From Chromera velia (lineage: Eukaryota), in NCBI GenBank assembly GCA_018398765.1, contig JAHBMJ010000166.1, positions 1 through 54,945 on the forward strand: a DNA stretch of 54,945 nt. Direction: 5' to 3'. The notes under the pieces are model-generated. The model worked only from the letters and a program-made list of their open reading frames with translations, made no database searches and was not told the DNA's origin. Of this stretch, positions 47,968 through 54,945 are shown one piece after another (position 1 is the first letter of the stretch; the number at the start of each line of letters is the position of its first letter). The position numbers were made by a program, and so were the translations under genes.

Positions 47968-49027
47968 GTCAAAAGGAAGGAGCTGCAGCGGCTGGATCGG
48001 CGCCATTAAGCAGGAGCTGAAAGACAGGAGGGGTTGATGGGGCGGGTGTTTACACATGCATGTGACTGCAAGGGGGCGAGGGGGTAGGCAGGGGGGTATG
48101 GGGGGCCGAAGGTGGGTGAAGAAGTATAAAGGCATATTTAGGAAGTTTAATCAGTTAGCAAATTAGTCGTTTCTGTATGGCGTTGAGTGCAGAAAGCGGA
48201 GAAGGGGTGGGGACAGTCACTGAAGGCACGAGGGAGTAAATCAGGGCTGCGATCTCCCTCCCGTGCCTCCCCTGTCCCTCTGGCAGGCAGGCAGGGAAAC
48301 AGTCCACCCTCCCTCCCTCCCTCCCACGATGGACCAGAATGGAGAAACGAAACGAAACGAAATGAAAGCGAATTTAAACGCACGGTCGTTAGAGGGAAGG
48401 GAAGGGGTCCAAAAATGGAATTCAGGTTCTCTCCTCTCCAAAAAAGAGGGAGGAATGCAAGGCAGTGCACTGAATCGACAGGTCTTATGCGTGGATGGAG
48501 AGAGAGGAGACCTTCACACTCCCTCCAGAGGCACAAGAGGGAGGGAAGGAAACCAGGAAGGAAGAAAGAAAGATGAAATATTCGGGTGTCGCGAGAAAAA
48601 GCATACCATACCGTTCTCTTGCGTGCGAGATCGCAATTGCTTCTCACGCATTCATTCTGCAACACAGGAGATCAGCTGCATGCATGTGGAGGTTTTCCTG
48701 CAGGCTTGTACGAGTGATTCAATCATCAATGTATTTATTCATTGAGAAAACAGTCAAATGCACATGCAGAGGAAGAAGAAGCCGAGTGTGCCTGCGGGAT
48801 CGTTGCTGGAATCATTTGACCTTTCCCTCCCTTCTTTTCTTCCTCCTTGATTGCCCCCGGCTCTCTCAAAGTCGGGAGCCAATCTTCTTTGGCTCGATCT
48901 TGCCTGCCTGCCTGCCTGCCTGCCTCCCAGCGCCTCCAAGGAAGGGTATCGAAGAAGAACAAATAGGAGGGGGCAATCGAGCGGGAGCTAAGTACATGAA
49001 ATCCATATGTACAGCGTGACAGACACG

Positions 49028-49830
49028 TAGTGGCAAGGTTTCAGTTGATAGAATTTGATTCGATGTGTTGAAGGCCAGATTTGATTAGATTTGAGATGGT
49101 TTTGACTTCATAAGTTTGCTAAGCTGGACCTTAGGATAGATAATAATGAGTTCTCCTAATTTTTATGGGTAAAAGTTGACACTATAGTTGACAGTCTTAA
49201 TCTAGATCTTAATCTCATTTCTAGATCGATTTTTTTAGCTATTATCAAAGGTGTGTTTATATACCCTGCAAAGACCTAGGAATTTAGACAGAAATTTAGA
49301 GGAATCCAAACAGAGATTTAGAAGAATTTATACAGGAATCTAAAAGAATTTAAAGACAGGAATTTAGAAGAATTGAACAAATTTTGGAGGTTAATCGATT
49401 CTAAGATCGATTTCTCATGAATTATGATAAGTTGTAAAGTTCCAGGTTTAACTTTATATTAATGGTGCTTATAGACGTATATTTACTATACTAAGAAGTA
49501 TTAACAGTGCTTATAAAAAGATAAAAAATTTTAAAAAAATTTCAGTTATAATATATACCAGTAAATGATCAATGTTAATTCAACTAGTACATTTACTACT
49601 CTTCTAGATACTCTTCATGTCATGCAGTCAGACTCAGTCTTACATGTTAAACTCAGAAAACATAAGTCATATGACCTCCTTGCAAGTACTCAGAAATTTA
49701 AACAGGAATTCAGATAGCAATTTAGAAGAATCTGGATAGGAATCTGAAGGAATTGTATGTTTCGCAATCCAGGCGACAGAATTCAGAGAACGGCAAGATT
49801 AATTCACACAGTCAAATTTGATTCGTCTAT
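49028..49830. mobile_element. AT-rich degenerate transposon-like remnant
   Basis: Starts TAGTGG followed by GATAGAATTTGATT and CCAGATTTGATT motifs shared with the left end of the hAT-like element at 15158. Internal AGGAATTTAGA-type repeats. No matching right TIR found. Confidence 0.4.
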
Positions 49831-51788
49831 CTACATTGTCATTGTTTTGAATTATTTGGCGCCATCGTGCTTGCCTCCAGATAAAGGAATTAAAGGATCC
49901 CTAACTTCCAAAGCTGGCTGAAAGCTTCGTATACAGACCCTCCATCCCTCTCCTCCATTATTCCATTAGCCCACCCATTCAATCACTTTCGCCTCCCGGG
50001 GAAGAATGTTATTAACAAGAGGAGAGAGAAGGGGATTGGAAGGGATTTGAGAATAAACAAGCCAACCGTCTGTCTGAAGGCCAGACAAAGAAAGAAACGG
50101 AAGCAAAGAATTAAATTACCAATCGATTCCAGCAAGCCATTAATTCAAAAGAACAGAGTTATGCATAGACACATACATATATGGGAGGGTCAGACGGATA
50201 AACAGACAGTCACTGAAAGATAGATTAAGACAGACAAAGGCGGACAAAGGGCCTTACAAAAATAATCGCATAAGACCTACCCATCTAGACCTACCCACCC
50301 TGACTAAAACAGCACAGCGCTTCGATCTGCCGTCTCTCTCTCTGTTTCTGTTGCAGAATGACTCTTTCGGCTGTAACAAAACTCCCTAAAGTCTCACATT
50401 AAAAGAGCGATGATGCTCGGTTGGGCCGTGAACCTTCTTCAAAACCTCTTAAGTCTCTTTTCTCAGAACTCCTGCTCTGACTTTGAGTCATACCAGGAAG
50501 CATTGGTTACGTGTTTGCTGTGGAGTGAAAAGAAACGAGCGGATCCAGATGTGACGGCGGAAGGGGGCTGTCCCTCCATCTCTTTTTCGTAGGAGAGTGG
50601 GTCTGAGAGTGGGTCGTGATATTGTTAGTCTGTGATAGGGGCGGGCGCTGAACCGGGTTTAGTAAGGGCAGCTGTGGCGGCGGCCTTGGAACTAGAACTG
50701 TTCTCATCTCTCCTGTATAATCTTCATGACATTCTTGGTGATGATCTTCTCTAAGGAGGCTGTTGCAGGGAGGCTTTCGAGGAAGCGGGTGGGTGGAGGG
50801 AAGGGGGGTCTAAAGAAGATGGAGAAGCCGAAACAGCTAGAGGGTATGCAGGTTCTGGGTTTATTGTTAGGACCGCTGAGGAAGAGGCGGAGGAGGAAGA
50901 GACAAAGAAGAGGGAGCGGGTGGAAGGGGAAGGAGGAGGGAGGTCTGTAAAGAAGAGATAGGACAGAAGGCAAGAGCGGGGGTGGGAGTGGGAGCGGGAG
51001 GAAGGGTGCCAGGCTGTGTTGCTGCTTTTGTTGTTGCTTCGATCCTCTTTTTGCATTTCTTCTTTCCATTCAGGTGGGTTTGATGAGTGATTAACCCACG
51101 TTTGGCGAAGCCTTGGCATTTCTAACATTTCCAAAGGTTCTCTTCACTGCTGGGAACAGCACGATTGTTGAAGGATGGAGCTGAGGCTGGGGCTTTATCG
51201 CTTCTGTTATGGTCGGTTGTAGTCGAGTTAAAGTACTGGGTTTACAGACAGATAGGCAGATAGATTGATAGATAAATAGGTGGAAAAATAGAGAGACACA
51301 TAGACAGACAGACAAGACTCTCTTAATTTTTTCCTTCCTTTTCTTCACATGTACAACAAGCAAAAGAGACAAACAGACCAATAGCCGAGAATATGTTTCT
51401 TCTTCTCTTGTCTTTTCTTCATATAAACAAGAAAGAAAAAACAAAGAAAAAAAAATAGAACAAACAATCAAACAACGTAGGTAAGGGTGCCAAAGAGTGA
51501 GAAAGAGACAGGCAGGCAGAAAGACAGATAGATAAATAGACATAAAGTCAATCTTGGAGAGAAAAAGAATCCGTCATCTAGATGAGCAGCCAGTGAAGGA
51601 CATGAATCTTCTTCGATCTTTATTAGATCTACGTTGTCACCAATGGCCTCCCCGATAGCAGGAGTTGCGCATTGCATAATTCATGCATGTAGGCACTCAA
51701 TTAAATCTATATTCAGGCAAAAAACGTGAGTTTGATCGAGTCTGATCCCAGGACCGATAAGGTCGTTCACCCAGTACGTCGCAAAGCT

Positions 51789-51821
<33 letters not shown>

Positions 51822-52827
51822 TTCGATCGAAAACAACTCGTACATATATATCTGACACGGCTTCACCTGCTGGCAGTGATCTTCTCATTATTTTATGAAC
51901 GACCTAGTAAAGCTTGAGGCTGCAGCATATGCTTTGTATACGTTATATGCGTTATACGTCTCTATCGTATAAGCTAACTCCCGTATACATATCTGTTACA
52001 CGGGAGTTGGCACGCATTGCATGCCGAAGTTGCGGGTGCGAAGCACGGAGTAAGGAATTAAGTGAAGTATAGTTTAGTAAGATTTTGCCGTGGCCCCCTT
52101 GATCGGCAGTGTTGTTTAAGCCGTGGCCGCTGTGCGACTCGATATATGAAATCTCCCCTTTTTTGACTTAAATCACTCAACGCAGGAATATAGTAGAGTA
52201 AAATCTTGACATATCTTGACGTACTTAATGATCTTAATCAACAGTGTCACAAAAAAAAAACAACTTAATTGGCTTGTACACCGTCGCCTCGGGGGGCAGC
52301 TCAGCTTTACTGAGATCAGCCGAGAGGCCCTGATATCGTACGATCACTCTATTTTTAGGGGGGAGATCGATGTTAGTACTTAATTTGTGGAATCAAAGTG
52401 AGTTAATGTATCGATACATTTCGTCTCAGAGGGCAGCTCAACCCTGCCTAAGGGCCCTGAGACAGCGCGCACTTGCATAAACATGCATGCTCGAGACACT
52501 CGTGGGATCTTAATTCAAATCACTGATACCTCCCGAGGCACTCACCTAACTAATTGGGTATATCATGTATATATAAGTAACATAACGGCAAGTGTTGCAC
52601 AGTGTGTATATCTTACTCTTCTATATATGAGGCTTGCAGGCTTATGCACATGCTGCAACACCTACAATACTTCAACACTTATTTATAGGTGCAACACCTA
52701 CTTATGTAGTCATTGTAGTGTAACGTTGAATCATGGCATACCTGACCATGCAGAGCTATTATTAATTGAAATATGCAGCTTTGTCCGAAAGTTATTGAAT
52801 GATCAAGGTACGGCAATTCGCTTTTCG

Positions 52828-53408
52828 GCAACTTTTGGAGGCTTTCTGGCCATCTGTCTAGTTGTGGGCTTGGGAGAACTGTTACAGCCCGTTGGCAATG
52901 ATACGTATAGCCCGTTTCACTCCTGCCGTTCATGCCGTTTGAGGCCCGAAATCGACATTAATTTGATCTACATTTTTTTAGGATTGTACAATCAGGTGCC
53001 CGGCGATGAACCCCAGCTCGATATTTGCATCGATGACGGAAGAAGGCTGATGGATGAAGATACTCGGAATTTATGTCGACGGTCCGTTTTTAGTCACACT
53101 GCCAAACGTAGCATTGGCTTCGAAGTGCAATCTTTTCGTCACTTAAGGTCCCTCGACTCTGGCCCTCAAGCCAGGGACATGGCCATTGGAAGTGATCGAT
53201 CAGGAGAGAAACATGGACAATTCCTTTCGTGTCAGCGACTGCAGATGCGCTTAATTTTTGCCAACTTTTGGAGGCCTTCTGGCCATCTATCTAGTCGTGG
53301 CCTTGAGAGAACAGTTCGTTGGCAATGATACGTATAGTCCGTTTCACTCCTGCCGCTCACGCCGTTTGAGGCCCGAAATCGACATTTAATCCACATTTTT
53401 TCAGAATT
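52828..53408. repeat. Direct repeat, two diverged copies of about 150 bp
   Basis: About 52828-52985 vs 53261-53408 (CAACTTTTGGAGGC...GTTGGCAATGATACGTATAG...GAGGCCCGAAATCGACATT), differing mostly by transitions plus a 6-nt indel. Confidence 0.9.
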
Positions 53409-53494
53409 CGCATCAAGGGTCCGTTTCTTTTCATACTCCCACGTGCCCACAAACACAGTCCCACAGCTGCGATTGCATAAAGCAAATCGTGTAA

Positions 53495-53905
53495 TCAATT
53501 GAGTTGAGTAGCCCAGGCAGGCTCGTACTGGAGCATGAGACTTATTCGAGTGACAAAAGTGAAGAGGCCAAGCATCGCAAAGACGACCTTGCCGAAACGG
53601 ATATCGAGATGGTCTGCCTTTTCGTGACCCGTAATCACATAGACAAGCAGCTGTGTCACAAGACCAAGCTCCAACGCCTTACAGGCTCCCTCTACAAAGA
53701 ACAGGTCATTGAATTGGAAACTTGCGTTAAAAACGGCAACGGGAGAAACAACTCGGCACCCACCATACGCTGCCTCAAAGCGCTCAAAGACTCTGTCTTC
53801 GCCCTGTTGGCGGCGAGCCGCATAAGCCGCGTGGCCGAAGAGAAGCACGGTCCCAGCTGTTCCAAGGTTGACAAACAGACAAAACGCGGACCATGCAGCC
53901 CCCAT
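53495..53905 (-). CDS. Intronless hypothetical multi-pass membrane protein, possibly truncated or pseudogenised
   Basis: MGAAWSAFCLFVNLGTAGTVLLFG...LELGLVTQLLVYVITG...KVVFAMLGLFTFVTRISLML has three hydrophobic segments, and a fourth (LHDLLYAIAAVGLCLW) follows the TGA in frame. The ORF extends upstream to 54082. No family recognised. Confidence 0.45.
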   Translation of the reverse strand: MGAAWSAFCLFVNLGTAGTVLLFGHAAYAARRQQGEDRVFERFEAAYGGCRVVSPVAVFNASFQFNDLFFVEGACKALELGLVTQLLVYVITGHEKADHLDIRFGKVVFAMLGLFTFVTRISLMLQYEPAWATQLN

Positions 53906-54464
53906 CGCTGAAAAAGGGCGCGTCCTTCCAGCTGATCGCGAGGGAGATGGCAGTAAAAGCAAGCCAAGACATTGCAAGAATCTGCAATATTGCATGAAAG
54001 CGCACTCACAGAGAAAAGTGCACTTTGTTTGTGGCCCTGTTGAAGCGTACCAAACGTTTTCCGTCCGTTTCAGTGGCTTCACTCACCATTTCAAAATAAG
54101 TTCTGAACAGCGGGAAGCAACTCATAGTTCCACTGGGTTCAGCAGATTCAACTTGGGGGGCCACGGCCATCGGCTGCAAACACTGTCCTCTGTCGTTGTC
54201 GGCCATTCCAATTTTGAAAATTTGAACAAAGAAATCAGCGTTGATCGACCGGTCACTGCGTGCAGATGAATCAATGAAGGCTGCAGGCAAAATTGGACTT
54301 CGGGCAAAGCGCGCTTCTGCTGCAGGAAGGAGGGCAGGCAGTCGCTTGCAAGAAAATTTCTTTTTGGGTTGCAAGATCAATCTGAATATATATCGATATC
54401 GATATCGATCCGCATTTGTGCTGGGGTGAAATTAAAGTTTGTGTCTATATTGGAATCTATAAAA

Positions 54465-54798
54465 GCCCTGGCCCTTGAATTGTGACCATTCAACCACCTT
54501 TTGCATCGACTGATCTGTATGGATGAATCTGTATAGTTTTTTTTTTCATTTTTCAATTCTTTTTTTTTTGTAAAAAAAAAATGGCCAGCTCCAGGTGGGG
54601 CCCTATCTGAAAGCGGTGTAAGCGCTCTCATCGCGCGCGTGCACGTCGATGACAGACGTATGACAATGGCGCAAAATATAAGAGCAAAGGGTGACATGGT
54701 GTTTGTCTGTGTGCAAGTCAGTGGATGTTGGCAGGTGTTTGTCTATAGGTACGTCAGGGTGGTATACGCCTATTTGGTCACAATTCAAGGGCCAGGGC
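54465..54798. mobile_element. 334-bp element bounded by perfect 24-bp inverted repeats (MITE-like)
   Basis: GCCCTGGCCCTTGAATTGTGACCA at 54465-54488 and its exact reverse complement at 54775-54798. No clear TSD. Confidence 0.65.
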
Positions 54799-54945
54799 AT
54801 CGTGAGCTGTGTGACTTTGATTTCTTTTTTCTCTTGAATAAACGTCTTTGCCGTCTCTGCCGTCTCTGCAGGTTACTTGGAGCGACTGACTCTCTTTCTG
54901 GACGGCGTTTCTCGGAAAGTTGGTCTTCTTCGATTTGGACCCTTT

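Noticed and set aside
52483..53328. 281-aa + strand ORF
   Set aside because: No recognisable domain, and the second copy of the internal repeat hits a stop in this frame; probably fortuitous.

Overview
Eukaryotic, intron-rich genomic DNA with microsatellite-filled introns, frequent TGCATGCA motifs and one protein with a signal-peptide-plus-Phe bipartite leader. Together these suggest a chromerid/apicomplexan-related alga such as Chromera velia, which is an inference from style and not a database match. Most ORFs in the supplied track are microsatellite artefacts. Splicing by hand (GT-AG, phases checked) gives seven gene models: a large coiled-coil + RING-finger protein (-, runs off the left edge), a GT32/DXD glycosyltransferase (+), a DUF4336 protein with a plastid-type leader (-), an ankyrin gene with one repeat per exon (+, incomplete), a PP2C/PPM phosphatase (-), a two-UIM protein with a degenerate EF-hand pair (-), and a Pro/Ser-rich protein (+). 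An intronless, possibly disrupted membrane-protein ORF lies near the right end. AT-rich intergenic islands hold at least three short terminal-inverted-repeat elements, and several minisatellites sit in introns. Most notable: (1) two splice-acceptor duplications 41 kb apart in unrelated genes, each interrupted by a related AT-rich hairpin beginning GCATTTATTTTCATA; (2) duplicated ankyrin exons whose 12 nucleotide differences all fall in amino-acid-changing codons, with spare variant half-exons upstream; (3) a possible RIP-like C-to-T signature in the AT-rich islands. No CRISPR, rRNA or tRNA recognised. Assembly gaps (N) at 8923, 24693-24816, 29574-29704, 40118-40268, 45494-45499 and 47033.
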